Notes under the pieces: generated by a model
The model's database searches: none
The model's input: only the letters and a program-made list of their open reading frames with translations
Told to the model about the DNA's origin: nothing
Shown: positions 14,022-26,900 of the stretch, one piece after another
Numbering within the stretch: position 1 is the stretch's first letter
How the letters are laid out: every line of letters begins with the position of its first letter
Program-made: the position numbers and the translations under genes
Assembly: GCA_002633005.1 (NCBI GenBank)
Contig: NMRA01000083.1
Span: 711,161 to 775,160, forward strand
Direction: 5' to 3'
Source of the DNA: Phoronis australis
Taxonomy: Eukaryota > Animalia > Phoronida
Length of the DNA stretch: 64,000 bases

Positions 14022-14606
14022 GGAAGGCAGGACTGTAATTTTGTCTGTGTCTCTCCCTCAGGTTGCTATCAACATTCCCTCACTCAAGGTCACCAGTGCC
14101 ACCTGAAATACCAACCTATATCAGTCTCCTTTATCTCGTTTAGACGTTTACTCGGCACTGGGTAACCGTGAGCCAACATAAATTGTCTGTTCATTACTAA
14201 GTCCCGATAGCTTATTTAACATAATGACAGAGATGATATGCAGCCAGTTGAGAAAATGAACATTGATAAGGTAGCCTTGGCAGGAAAACTTAAGTTAGAA
14301 ACGATAAGACTGTTTATTCCATTAAACGAATGCACTCATTAAACATTCTCAGGTGTTTCAATAGTTGGTGAAGCTCCAACATTGGTTTCAGGAAATACAG
14401 TGCTGAGCAATAAAAAGGAAACAGTCCTAGTGAAAACAAGCGCCATCCATACTAGTCTATTGAGAAATCCAACAGCAAATTCGAACGCCTTTCACCAATG
14501 TGAAAATATCCCAGCCACTTGGTGCAAAACTACATGTCTTAATCAAGGACGTCAATACCAACGAAGTCCATGGGAAAAACGGCAAGGTTCTTCACATTGG
14601 GTTTTA

Positions 14607-14862
14607 CAGGGCTTGGAATGACCAATGACAAAAAATAGGAAAATTTTCCACGTGATGCATCGTTCCACAAATAAATAAGCTTGCGTGATGGAAATATTTC
14701 CTGTTGTAAAGTTTAACTGAAAAAAAAAAAACGATTTTGCATTGAAACAAAGACAAAATAATGATAGAAAAGAAACAAAAAAAAGAGAAAACTGGAAATC
14801 AAATAAGAGGAAATCGAAACAAAAAAGAGGAAATCCTCTTAAAAGGAAAATTCCAAGCCCTG
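14607..14862. mobile_element. MITE with CAGGGCTTGGAAT TIRs (hAT-like ends)
   Basis: 13-bp perfect TIR flanked on both sides by GTTTTA; same termini as 37438-37910 in opposite orientation. Confidence 0.8.
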
Positions 14863-16667
14863 GTTTTACTTTTCTAAAGCAATGCTATTACATTATTCAT
14901 TTTTGTTTAACTTGAAATTGGTTCCAATAAATCATTTGAATTCCCCTGACCACAAGTGCCTACTGCCTTGACCGCTGTAACAATCTATGGAACCAGCTGT
15001 AACAACCACATGAACTGGAGCAGTCAGCATGTGAAAGTTCTTCAAAAAACCTAGAAATCGTTTCCAGTCAGGGTAAAAACAAGACCAAGACAATTTTATA
15101 AGAACACGTGAAATCAAGATTGGGTATGGGGAGAAGTCACTGGTTTATTACTCCACCGACTGACAAGTGCAAACTTTTTCGTTAAAATTGAAACATGGGT
15201 ATTGGTACTTACACAAAGCCAAAAATCTATTGGAATTTATGAACAACTCAACCTGTACACAGTCTTATATATAAACTTTAACTATTAGAATAAATACATA
15301 ACTAATTTAAATTTGTTGTCACTTCAAAGTCTCTGGACATACTAATAACAACTTAACATCCAAAACTCCAGTACTATGTGGGTATCTCATCTGGACAAAA
15401 CAAAGAACCTGTAAAATCTATCAACACCAAAAAGAGGTACACCTATGTACATACAAACGGCAGTTACCACCGAAACACATCTGCCCAATATGTGTTTATA
15501 AAATAATCTTAACAGCACACACACACATTTTCACTTAGTGAAATTGTCACATCAAACAAACAGCAATTAACAATTTTTTTTAAAAAAACATCTGTCAAGA
15601 CTTCTAAGGATAACCCGAAACTACAGTACAGGGCAAAGTGTTAAGACAAAAGGACACGGAAATCCCTGTCACGATGGCTGGGCAGAAGCTGACCCAATCG
15701 TGAGAATTGCCTTTCCTTACAACTCAGAATGAAGGGTAGTCAACAGTTAAGCTAAAAATATGGCCAAGCAATTCTGTAATTAGAGTTTTGCCACTGTAAT
15801 GGTCATTACCTGTTATTTTTTGATGTAAACATAATTGGATCTAATGACGGGAAAACGGTATTTTGTAGATGAATTCATAGTGAAAGTACAAGATGAGGAA
15901 AGGAGCACATAAACATTAAGTATGACCACAGAGATTCCGCAAGGTCAAGGTCTCTTACAAGAAGCTAACAAACTTTTAAGCAATTTATATACAATACATG
16001 TCACCAGATGAGCACTGGCTAACTAAGATAATTCAACAATATCACACAAACATCACAGTGAGAGCAACTTGAATTTTTATTTTAAAACATTAGCAACCAT
16101 TACCTATAGGACAATCTCAACTGACAAAAAAACAACTAATTGAACAAAAAAGAAATACAAGTGATCAATACAAATACCTTCAGAAAGAGCAATCTGAAGT
16201 TGATAGAAGACTCCTGTAATAATGAAGACAGTGCAGAACACTAAATTGCTGGGTTGTTCCTGGGGAAGTTCATTGTCAGCAAACTAGGTGTCTATGAACG
16301 CTTCCTAGACTGCACCAACACATCAGGGAACAACCCACTGTACCAGTGTACTCCAGTAGTGACAGTGACATTAGTAGAGCTTTCTCCACTGCACCAGTGG
16401 TGTTGACCCTTTCATAGAGCCCCAAACGTGCAGCCCAGGGCATTGTCCAGCCTCCTCCATGCAGATGATGAGGCTCCCTATGGGTGAGATCGAGATTTCC
16501 AACATGTTCACTGTGCCGCTGTGCATGACCCCCCCTTACAGACCTCAATTAGCATCACAGGCTACTATAACTACACTAGCCTCCTCCTGGGTTATTACGA
16601 GTTTTTCCACAAGCTGGTGATTGCGTACGATCCACTGTGTCCCCTGTCGCGGTGTACATGGACACCC

Positions 16668-16958
16668 CTAAAGAGCCCCGTCCTCAGCACTAGCACTTGT
16701 CACTCCACCAGCTTCTTCCTGGTTGATGATGAGGTTCCCCACGGGTGAGTGTCTGCTACCCAGTGACTCTCCAGTACTGGTCGGCGTCACCACACTACTC
16801 TCTTCCTGTTGTACCAGTACACCACCCTCCTGTGCTGGTGGCGTTGTCTCATGCACCTGGATCACCTCCCCTGTACTGGTGGTCACTTGTATGGCGCCAC
16901 CATTAGACTGGGCCAAAGAGACGGCCATGCGAATGTCTTCATTCATGTTCTGAATGTT
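16668..16958 (-). CDS. BANP: BANP terminal coding exon
   Basis: ttacag acceptor; NIQNMNEDIRMAVSLAQSNGGAIQVTTSTGEVIQVH...; TAG stop at 16670-16668. Confidence 0.82.
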   Translation of the reverse strand, partial: NIQNMNEDIRMAVSLAQSNGGAIQVTTSTGEVIQVHETTPPAQEGGVLVQQEESSVVTPTSTGESLGSRHSPVGNLIINQEEAGGVTSASAEDGAL

Positions 16959-19900
16959 CTGTAATAAGACACAAACGACTGTACATAACAAATGGATACC
17001 CAACTGCAAACGACTAATGACTGAACATAAACAGACATACATTACTGGAGCAGGGATAAAACAAGTGATACCAAAAAACTCCAATATACACCAAAAGAAT
17101 ACGACAAAATGCCAGTTTTTGGTCATGAGGGCAAAATGACGAGTAACGACCCTCACGATTGGTTATTCCAGTTGTAATTCCGGTTAAGACGGATGGCCAC
17201 AATGGTGGTTATATTTGCTCAGGTGTCACCACATGGAATTTCAGGTCATGTTGTCAGTTTACTTTAGTGGCCTGGGAACAGTACATACTGGTTAAAAACT
17301 ATCACAATATGACCAGAGTACAACCCCCTGTCAACATCATATTTCATGTCTACTCAAAATCGTTCAAATTATTATCACCGAATGGCACTCGCATAATGAG
17401 CCAAGGCTACAGTATAGACTCTTGAGTACACAACACCTTTCTCTAGTTCAGCAATATTTGTTGTGTTCAACAGAGCTACAGCATGACTAATTACCTTCAT
17501 TGTATGGTATACAACTCCAAACCAGCAGGCTTTTTGTTTGATAATTGCCCAAACATGGGATAAGAGTTAAGCCACTCTGGCTGCCCTTGATTGAATAATT
17601 AAAAATTCTTTGAAACCCTGCTAACTAATTGGCGTGCATGTTGTGATTGAGGACAATATCAAACTTGATCACTCAATAACAGGGATATCTCCCATTTCCA
17701 GCACTGCCCTCTTATCTGTAAGGTCACTGAACAAGAAAACCTTGTAATGATATGAGCCTGGACGTTCTGAGGACTACAGGTGGAAGAGAAGGTATTTTGT
17801 GACCGCAAAGACTGGACGCCCACCTGAAGATCTCCAGCCTGTAGTATCTGTATCTGGTGCGTCTGCTGTAGATGGGCTAGTTGTTCCTCTGTGGCGTGCA
17901 GGATCTGGATCTCACCAGACTGGCCCTGCACGTGCACTGGGAGGCCGGTCACCTGCATGTCTTGCTAAAGAAGACAAGAGAGAGAGAGAGAGAGGTTAAT
18001 GAGCATGTTGAAGGCAGACCAGGTAGTGATATCACAACAGTGACCTGCTAGTGAGATCACAACAGTGACCTATGATAAAAGACGGTCATCTTACACTGAT
18101 CACATGGCTGGTAAATTTCAATGCAAGATTCGTCCCCTAAATAGCCATAGTTCATTATGCACCCAGCATCAGAAATCCCTAAACTACTGTAACGCGCTCA
18201 GCTTATCAAGTCCAGGTAATTGATTTTTGATTTCTGCCAAAAATGAACACTGATATCCCCTTATCCAGTCTTATGGCAGACCACTCAGTAAAATACACAA
18301 ACTTAGTTACAGAGCTAGTTAAGTATGAACATATTGTGTTAGTGACATTTTTTGATGCTGTAGATAATTAGTCTAATTAAAAGCAAAGTTATGCAATTTT
18401 AGTGACTAGTGTATAATTAATCAAACATATTGGTTGTTTACCAAAATTTGTAACCTCCTAGGAGTTCATGGGAAGTGATTCACCACATGTCTGTTACCAG
18501 TTGTGGGATGTTTATAATAACAATTGTGCCTTGTTTTGCAAGTTGTGTAACTTAAAGTCTTTGAAAACCTGTCAACTTTGGGATGAGGCATTTCCGACAA
18601 CAACAATAATCTGTTATTTGTCTATCGGAATTACTCAACTCTTGATTGTCCTGCACCATAATTGGTAATGACTTGGGTTCATTGCTGGAGTCCAGCAGAT
18701 TGATTCACAGAATTGGTTTGGAACNTGACCTGCTAGTGAGATCACAACAGTGACCTATGATAAAAGACGGTCATCTTATACTGATCACATGGCTGGTAAA
18801 TTTCAATGCAAGATTCGTCCCCTCAATAGCCATAGTTCATTATGCACCCAGCATCAGAAATCCCTAAACTACTGTAACGCGCTCAGCTTATCAAGTCCAG
18901 GTAATTGATTTTTGATTTCTGCCAAAAATGAACACTGATATCCCCTTATCCAGTCTTATGGCAGACCACTCAGTAGAATACACAAGCTTAGTTACAGAGC
19001 TAGTTAAGTATGAACATATTGCCTTTGTGCACCAGTCTCGACCCTTCTCTTAATAAAGTACCATGCTTTTGGGTTTTCAATGCCACAGGTTTGTTCCATG
19101 AAAAGTGACGTGAGGTTATGTACAGGGATACCATAGAATTGTACGCACGAGCATCGCATCTTTCGCATGAACCACCTACGAACCCATGAATCGTGCATAC
19201 GAGCCCAAAAATCACGCATACAAGCCCAAAAATCACGCATACGAACAAAAATCATGTGCACGAACCACAAAAATCATACATTCGAACACAAAAACCATAC
19301 ACACCAGCATCAAATCACACGCTGTTAAGACAACACGTCATCTAGTAGGGATACCACCCAAATGAACAGATAGCCCACTAAGTCCAAACTACTAACAACA
19401 CTGCAGCATTTAAGTTGTATCTTGATTCATTTTATCAATGCAGTTGTTCTGCTAATGTCCTGATGCTCCAGGCAATAATACAGCGTTCAGTAGCTGAGGT
19501 GTCAACAGATGTCATTGTCAAGGTGCAGAAGCAAACTTACATTGGCAATGTGTAGTTCGACATCGTCCTGCTGCATGGAGTCCTCATCACTCTGACTGGC
19601 CAGGTCGTGGCCACTGTTGGTGGTGGAGAGCTCCATGAAGTTAGAGACTACCCCCTTGCCACGGAACGCCTTGACAGTTAGCGGGTAGCCGCGCACGCGC
19701 CGGCGGAAGGCTGTACGACACTTGGAGTCTATGTTGAGCTTGATACGGTGCCAGTCCATCTCGCTAATGTTGAACTTGTGAATCAAATGACCTGCAAGCA
19801 CAGGATACTGCATAACAACCATAGCCTTGCTAATTATGTACTAACTTGCTGCAAATGAGAACCAGCCGGACTAGAAACGACATCCATGTAAGGCGTAATA

Positions 19901-22900
19901 TGACCGAAGGGCTGACGGCATGAACAAGAACAACTGTACTGCGGAACCTTCTTCAACGTCAGCAAAGATCTGATTTATAAATAATGGACTCATTCGAGTA
20001 AGTGTATTCACCAAGTCGTCACCATGATGGGTTAATAGTTGTACAAATTGACTACGATTATCTCAAAATTTCAGTACCTTAGTTTCGTTCTTCATTATTT
20101 TATCCATATGCACAAAAACCAACATATCGTCAAGTTTGATAAATCATTACATCAATATGCTCCACCATTTCTACTGTTGAGGGATATTTCTTTCCATCCA
20201 CAAATTCCCTTGTTTTCATCAACCCATGTGTACGTTTTCAATATTTAATGTATTTTTGTACTGATTTCAATCAATAAAACCCATTTAATGCACAAAAATG
20301 AGTGACATATTGTTAGAACTCTATATATTTGAACGAACAATCTTCATACATAAAAAAAGAACGAACCTGTTTGCTTACTAGTGTTATCTTGAGTGATCTC
20401 AACAACAGAATTGAGCATTTGGGTACCGATTCTCTAATTACCTGGTAAGAGTTCAGCCCCTAATAACCTGTTCTTGATATTACTGAGACAATTCTCGAAC
20501 GTTTTTTAGCAGATGAGGCCAGCAAGTGCGAAATATTAAAACATGTTCTGGTTTACTGCTTGAGTTAGTTTCTTCGGTTACAATGCACACCTAGATCGTT
20601 ACATTGCGTTTACTCTGGCAAATGAACTCTGATAAGAAGCACACGAATGCTTACTCTCTCACACACATGCAGACAAACTTCAAAACAAACGTCACGTAAC
20701 AACAACATGTGTGTTCCTACAGAGATTTTTCTCGTGTTACGGGCTATGATCTAGCGCAGATTTGGACTTAATCTGCAGTTAATCCAGACTCCACAAGAAC
20801 TTAAAAATCTTAGAGATGCTATCTGGAAAACTTAAGGAGGATTTGAGGTAACTTGTTGAGTCAAAACTGGTTTCTTATTCAAGAATTCAAGTTCCACTAT
20901 CGACGATTGTGAGGCAGCTCTGCATCTATTGGCGAGATTTTGCCCTGGGATTTCAGCACAATTTTCTGAAAAATGATCGTAATTTAACAACTAAGTTTGA
21001 TAGAAGCGCACCACAATTTTGTAGAAAGTAAATAATAATCTGGACTTTGTCTTAGCACATTAATTCATAGTGCTCGTTAAGTGAGTCGACAGAACAGGGG
21101 ATTGTGCAGTGTCATTATCCTCAAAATTGCTCAGATCGGCTTAGTTCCAGTCAACCGAAAACTAGTTTTTCTTCACTACCCTCCGCCGTGGAGTATTTGT
21201 TGCTGTTTCTTTCAAGGGAAATATTGTTGGGCAGTTTCCTAGATACATTTTCTTGCTGTGGCCTCAAAATGAGCGCTGCATACTTTATGCCACAAAGTCG
21301 GAAAGAATTCACTAAATTGTCCTTTGCCACCATGTTTCTGACCCATTTTTTACGCAGTTCTTGATCCTTGGGAAACAGGTAGTAACTAAATTCTTTATCT
21401 CGCTAACTGTTATTATAGCAGCCAGGCACACAACACGTATAAACTCTCCGTGGCCGGTTTGCCCACACGCTTGCGGGAGTACTTGTTTACTGAATCATAC
21501 GGCCATAACCACAATGCCACATTCTCACCCATTTCCAATATAGTGGCATTGCAACTCCGCTATTGCATGTCTTAAGATACCCAAAGAACAAACCAAACTG
21601 ACTATAAGTCAATCTACACTCCAAGACTATCTGTGCGCAGATTCTTACATCGAATGCCATAAATAAGCAGAGGGTCCAGCCGCTTTTTGCCGTGTTTCCC
21701 ATTGCCAGACAAATTGGATGTGGACTGGGTCTCACGGTCAAACAGGTAGTCCAGCAGCGTCAGCGCCATCTTTTCAGCTGTGCGACAGTTGGAATGGATG
21801 TGGATAAGGTCACTGGAAACAACAAAGGGGACGCACTTTGTTCAACACTTACCTCCAGGGGGTACTTTAGGAAACGTTTGTTTTTGCAAAACAATGTGTG
21901 TCCATCGAGGACTTGTTCTTAGCCGGAACCTATTGGAAATCGTCAGCCGAACATATGGTGCTCAGCGTTTTATACACTGCTACTAGGGGGCGCATGAGTA
22001 GTAAAAATTTTCTGGCGCCAGTCCTCCTTGCAAACAAACATTCAGAATTCAACATTGCATACAAGTAAAGCAAAATTTTGACTGAACATTGTCATAACAG
22101 GAAGGGAAGAAGGTGGACTAGAGCATTGTATTGGTATTCTTACCCACTATGGATAGGCAGCTCACTTTATTCAAATTACTAAAAATAACACCAAAAAGTC
22201 ACTTTCCAGTGTTTCCAATGCATCAGTGTTAAAACAAACTGCCAAAAAATAGTTCACACACGTACACACAGAGATGACATAACTGTTAATACTTCTGTGG
22301 ATCTGTGCGCTACCTTTGGGTCACAGAAACTGGCTCCTAACATTGGTGCACTGTGCACCTCAACTACAAAAAACATAGACTGGCGGTTACCTTGGACTGA
22401 TTGGTACGCGTACCCTCATCTCAGGAGTGGTCTCATCACCAAGCCACACCCCATCAGGGTAGTCCTCTGTAATGTAGACACAAGTAGAATTTAGGGATTT
22501 ATACCAGGTCTTCATTATTTCACACACGTTTTACTTCATAACTGGTAGAACAGCCCATAGACACGTAGCTCATTTGAACAAGTTTGTCACACTCTCTACA
22601 AAAGTTTGAACAATTATCACACTCACTTTTTGTGCATGTCTCTGACATCTTGTTTTTTTTACATATCTCATCTAAGCTGTGTCAGTCTTCGATGAATGTT
22701 TTTGCATACTTTTCATGCCAACCTCCATTCTATCACTACATTTCCTGAAACACTGTTGTTTATGTGTCATACAGAAATTCAGAGCTTGATCAAGAAGACT
22801 AACACAGGGGATGAAACTGGCAACAAAGTAGTTGTGACAACTCAGTGTAAATTTCAGTTCAACGACTACATGGATCTGACCAAAAGCAAGGAAACAGTAT

Positions 22901-24203
22901 CTGGTAACCAAACTGAAAGCAAGCAAAACAAGAACTGTCCACAATAAAACAACCCTACCTTCTGTGTTGAGGGTGATCAACGTTACATTAGGTCCATAAG
23001 GGGCTCCTTGTGGGGTAGAGTTGCCCGATCCTACAAGTCAACACAGAATCAATACAACCATATCACACGGATCAGAGCGATTAGACACATGCGGCTAGAT
23101 AAAATTTTAACCCATATTATCCAAGTTGCAGATGAAAATAAGGTGCAAGACGTGTTGCACAGTTTACTAAGTTCATGCGTAAACCTGATCTAGAGGCCAT
23201 CGAGTATGAGCATCTTTTTCTGGAGTCATAACAACATCCTTAACATGTATTTTTATTACGTGATTTGGTAAAAAGTAATTATCGCAATAGTTAGAGCTTA
23301 AATATAGATCCCTAGACATCAAGATAGCCTAGTATTGCAAACAGTACAAGTGTCGCTCACTAAAGAAAGGAAGGCCTACACTGAAAGTATGATACATCTA
23401 CTGTCATAATCGCTACCAGTTTTTTTTCTGATGCTAAGTGGTCACTGGCAATGGCTATTAATTCTTCAATAAAACACACCTCTTTTCCTATTTAGGGTTT
23501 TCCCAGAAATAACAAGAAATGCTCCTTTAAGCACTTAGCCATTCAATTTAGAAAAGAATTATGTAGTTTGCAAAGTGTTCTTCACATGACTGCAGCCAGT
23601 GCACTTGTTCTAATCTAAAGTTATTGTATATTAGTATATCCATTTTTAACACGAGACCTCTAAAACTAAGACAATACGAGTTGAATATACCTTGAATGTA
23701 ATTGTTTATACCTGGTAGTCCAACAATAACGGCACCGCTCTTGGCCATTCCACTACCTACCATCCTGAAATATCAGTTCATATAACAGCACGTCAAACGA
23801 AACAACATTGATCAACATCTGTCAGCACTGACTTACAAGGAAGACATGTGCCAGCATTGGTCTACAAGGAAGACAAATGTGCAGGCCATATATGGAGCTT
23901 TAGGTGAAGCTTGTACCAACAATTTATTCACAAGGAGAATGGACTTAAACGGCAGCATTTGCAGAAGCATGCACTAGTACATATGCAGCTTTCACTCCTC
24001 AACTTCAGTGAAGCAAAACAGTTCTAATGAGGTACAAAAGGTGACGCCCGTCGAATACAAAACATCTAGTTCCTGGTACACATGTTCGCAGTAACTAATA
24101 ATGTCTTTCTATTGCAATTTAACTTATTTCCCCAAGATGATTATATGAAAAATTGTTATCACAGTCTTCAGTTGGAGCTCATCTGTCAATCTGCAAGAGC
24201 CAG

Positions 24204-24235
<32 letters not shown>

Positions 24236-26900
24236 TTTTACAAGAGGGGTCAAATGAATTTCAATATGCGGTTTCATACAAAGTGCCTTAATTTGTGGTG
24301 TGACCAAATCTGATACAGTTGGAGCACCAGCAGTACTTTTCAAATCCCACTAACTTGTGCACCTACCCCTTCTGAGGTGTGGTCATTGGTGTGGCCCCCT
24401 TGGACATCTGATCCACCTTATCTTCCAGCAGTCGTGTTCTCTTGGTGATATTGTCCAGTTTGCTCTCAATACCCTCCAGACGACAACAGATGGCGCGGTT
24501 GACATTGAACAGCACTTGCTACAAGACCAAGACAACCGAATGCTATCAACTGATTAAGAATAGAGGAAATAGCAATGTTGGTTATAGATTATTCAGCGAG
24601 AAATAAAACTACCAATCATGATGGTGTTAATTACAAATATGTACACGCTTCGTAATATTTATCGGCCGTCAAAAACCTTTGTTTTGATTTACTACATACT
24701 ACCTAGGATGCAAATCCTTAAGCTACAAACACATCAGACAACTTTGAAAATGTCCCATGTATTCTGGAGCTCAACTGGGACTATTTAAAACAGCGAGTAA
24801 ACATTTCTAGTTTCCCAACTCTATGCTACCGACTTGATGGAATTCATTGACTGCCTCCGTGGCTTCTTTTCAGATCATCAAACTGACCGACGTTTGATAA
24901 AAAATGGCAACGTTTTATGTCTTCTCTACACAAAGCACTACAGTAAACAGTTCAAGTCAACAAGTACCCAGAACAAGGCCAAAAGTTCAACTGGTGACCA
25001 ACATGGGCAGTGAAGTCCTACCTTAACACTGAGACTCGGATCCATAATCTGGTCCTTTATGTTGTCATTTCTGGCAAGCTTTGACTTGGGTTCACCATTG
25101 CCAGGGGTCTCTGTCATCAAACCAAGGTTAAGCATTACAGATTTTACTAAAGGTCCAACGTAACCATTTGAGTATGAGAAAGCAACGTCAATTACAATTA
25201 CTTTAAACTAATCTCACAACATACAAACTGGGAGTAAAACCTTCCTCATTTGACATCAACCAGCATTTGTGACATTCAAATTCACAACAAGCCTTTAAAG
25301 ATTAATAAACATGTAGACTGGCATAACACTCAGCAACAACTACCATACAATACATGGTTGGGTTAAACAGACTGAATAGACACTGTTTCATTGCTTATAA
25401 AATTTACAACTAGACACATTCGAAATATGACAAAAGGGGCGGAATATTATTTGCTCTTTCACGACTATACAAGTAAATTCACATCTACGCCAGGCTGTGA
25501 CTATACAAGTCAATTCACATCTACGCAAGGCTGTGACTAAATAAGCCAATTCATCTCTACGTTAGGCTCTGTCTTACATGGTAAGAAGCAGATATCACTT
25601 AGTGAAGTATAAACACCATAAAGCACATCGCAGCTGTCACCAACACACATGGAGTGGCTTCGGCCAGTGGAACTGGGCCTAACTTAGTAACTGCGCAGGA
25701 TGCGACGAACACTGCACCCCGATTACCCGCGACCGACGAAGCATCGAGTGTAACTATCTTTAACAGAGTAACTCATATTAACTAACCTTGACCCAGAAGC
25801 TGACTATCATCCAGCGAGTGAGCGGTGTGAGACCTCTTGGTCGCATGTGTACCAGTGTCTAAAACAAGACAGATTGAAGTGGCAATGCCCACAAACTTAT
25901 AGGCTACACGTACGATAACTGAATCAGTTCTTGGCCACAGTAAGATTAAAAACCGGATGATCGCCGCACAAATGAAGGAAGTTCATGATAAATCAACGTT
26001 TCGTCTATTCGTTAGACATCATCAGGATATTTACACGTTGCGTTTGCCCAAGTTTTGCCTGAACTTGCAACAGTCAGGAGCAGAGGTGTAGCAACACATT
26101 AAATCCAGAGTTAATCAATGTCCTAAAGAGCTGGTCTAGTCATATATAAACCCCAAGTGATTCAACACTTGACACATGGACTGAGGGTGCCTACCGTGCA
26201 TCAGGATGAGTTCTTCGGTGTCAGCTAAACTATCGTCTTTAGATTTGTCACTGGGATCTACTACAACAGAAGGAAGAAGATGAAAGTCCGGAACAACTAA
26301 TTTTAAACAAGCCAGACATTTTGTGATCACCATTTAACTGGCAGCGTCAGTGTAATCGTGCATTTTTAAATGAAAAATTTTAAATAAATGAAGATGAATT
26401 TACAACTCCTTTTACAGAAGGCAGTAAATGCAAGAGTAAGTTGGGAAGATCAACAAGCCACAGTTTTGACAAATGAGCACCCTTCATCTTCTCACGACTA
26501 TCTTGCCACCACAGTCAAACTAACACAACTCACGACGAACAAATGCACTTCTGAAACATTTAAGTTAAGATCATATTAAGAAAATCTATTTTTTTTTGTG
26601 TAAAGCAATTCTAGGATGTAGAAAACCCTTGCTTGGGTGGCAAATAATCAGACAAACTGAGATTATTATAGTATATGAAAACACTAAGTGGTACTTCTCA
26701 AACAAAAGCAGTACAAATGCAAGTGAGTTTAAGCAATGTTTTCTGTCAACAAAATGGTGTTTGTGAAGAAACTTCTGTTCAGCACTGAAGCCCAAAAGCA
26801 TAAGTATGACTCGTAATAATGCAAACTGACCGTGTACAAGAACCAGTTGACCAGATTCGTCAGCCACTACACTGGCCTGGCTGACAGTGACATCGGACAT
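16668..26900 (-). CDS. BANP: BANP/SMAR1 orthologue (BEN-domain transcription factor), 11 coding exons, ~474 aa
   Basis: Exons 26900-26831, 26260-26195, 25110-25022, 24518-24367, 23764-23712, 23030-22959, 22466-22391, 21812-21649, 19791-19541, 17964-17824, 16958-16668. All introns are GT-AG, phases are compatible and the total is 1425 nt. Peptides NVTLITLNTEEDYPDGVWLGDE, CRTAEKMALTLLDYLF, SNLSGNGKHGKKRLDPLLIYGIRCHL and IDSKCRTAFRRR match vertebrate BANP as I recall it. Confidence 0.93.
17824..17964 (-). CDS. BANP: BANP coding exon 10 (Gln-rich region)
   Basis: QDMQVTGLPVHVQGQSGEIQILHATEEQLAHLQQTHQIQILQAGDLQ; phase 0-0. Confidence 0.85.
18041..19021 (+). repeat. 296-bp duplication 18041-18336 / 18726-19021 across N at 18725
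   Basis: Near-identical copies within BANP intron 9. Confidence 0.92.
19179..19322. repeat. Degenerate ~21-bp tandem repeat (acgagcccaaaaatcacgcat)
   Basis: About 6 imperfect units. Confidence 0.75.
19541..19791 (-). CDS. BANP: BANP coding exon 9 (BEN domain C-terminal part)
   Basis: HLIHKFNISEMDWHRIKLNIDSKCRTAFRRRVRGYPLTVKAF; GTAAGT donor. Confidence 0.95.
21649..21812 (-). CDS. BANP: BANP coding exon 8 (BEN domain core)
   Basis: DLIHIHSNCRTAEKMALTLLDYLFDRETQSTSNLSGNGKHGKKRLDPLLIYGIR; ttccag acceptor and GTAAG donor. Confidence 0.95.
22391..22466 (-). CDS. BANP: BANP coding exon 7 (EDYPDGVWLGDETTPEMRVR)
   Basis: Matches EDYPNGTWLGDENNPEMRVR. Confidence 0.92.
22959..23030 (-). CDS. BANP: BANP coding exon 6 (GPNVTLITLNTE)
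   Basis: Matches SNVTLITLNSE. Confidence 0.9.
23712..23764 (-). CDS. BANP: BANP coding exon 5 (MVGSGMAKSGAVIVGLP)
   Basis: tttcag acceptor and GTATA donor; bridges phase 2 to phase 1 as required. Confidence 0.7.
24367..24518 (-). CDS. BANP: BANP coding exon 4 (coiled coil, AICCRLEGIESKLD...LEDKVD)
   Basis: Matches ICLRLDSIEAKL...LEEKLD; AG/GT boundaries. Confidence 0.88.
25022..25110 (-). CDS. BANP: BANP coding exon 3 (ETPGNGEPKSKLARNDNIKDQIMDPSLSVK)
   Basis: Resembles EPALKRQR...DPSIK of vertebrate BANP; an alternative in-frame acceptor near 25147 is possible. Confidence 0.7.
25463..25571. repeat. 36-bp tandem repeat x3
   Basis: gactatacaagt(a/c)aattcacatctacgc(c/a)aggctgt. Confidence 0.85.
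26195..26260 (-). CDS. BANP: BANP coding exon 2 (VDPSDKSKDDSLADTEELILMH)
   Basis: Pyrimidine tract plus TAGTAG acceptor, GTAGG donor, phase 1-1; little sequence conservation. Confidence 0.55.
26831..26900 (-). CDS. BANP: BANP coding exon 1 (MSDVTVSQASVVADESGQLVLVH)
   Basis: cag acceptor at 26906-26904, ATG at 26900, GTCAG donor; phase fits next exon. Confidence 0.65.
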
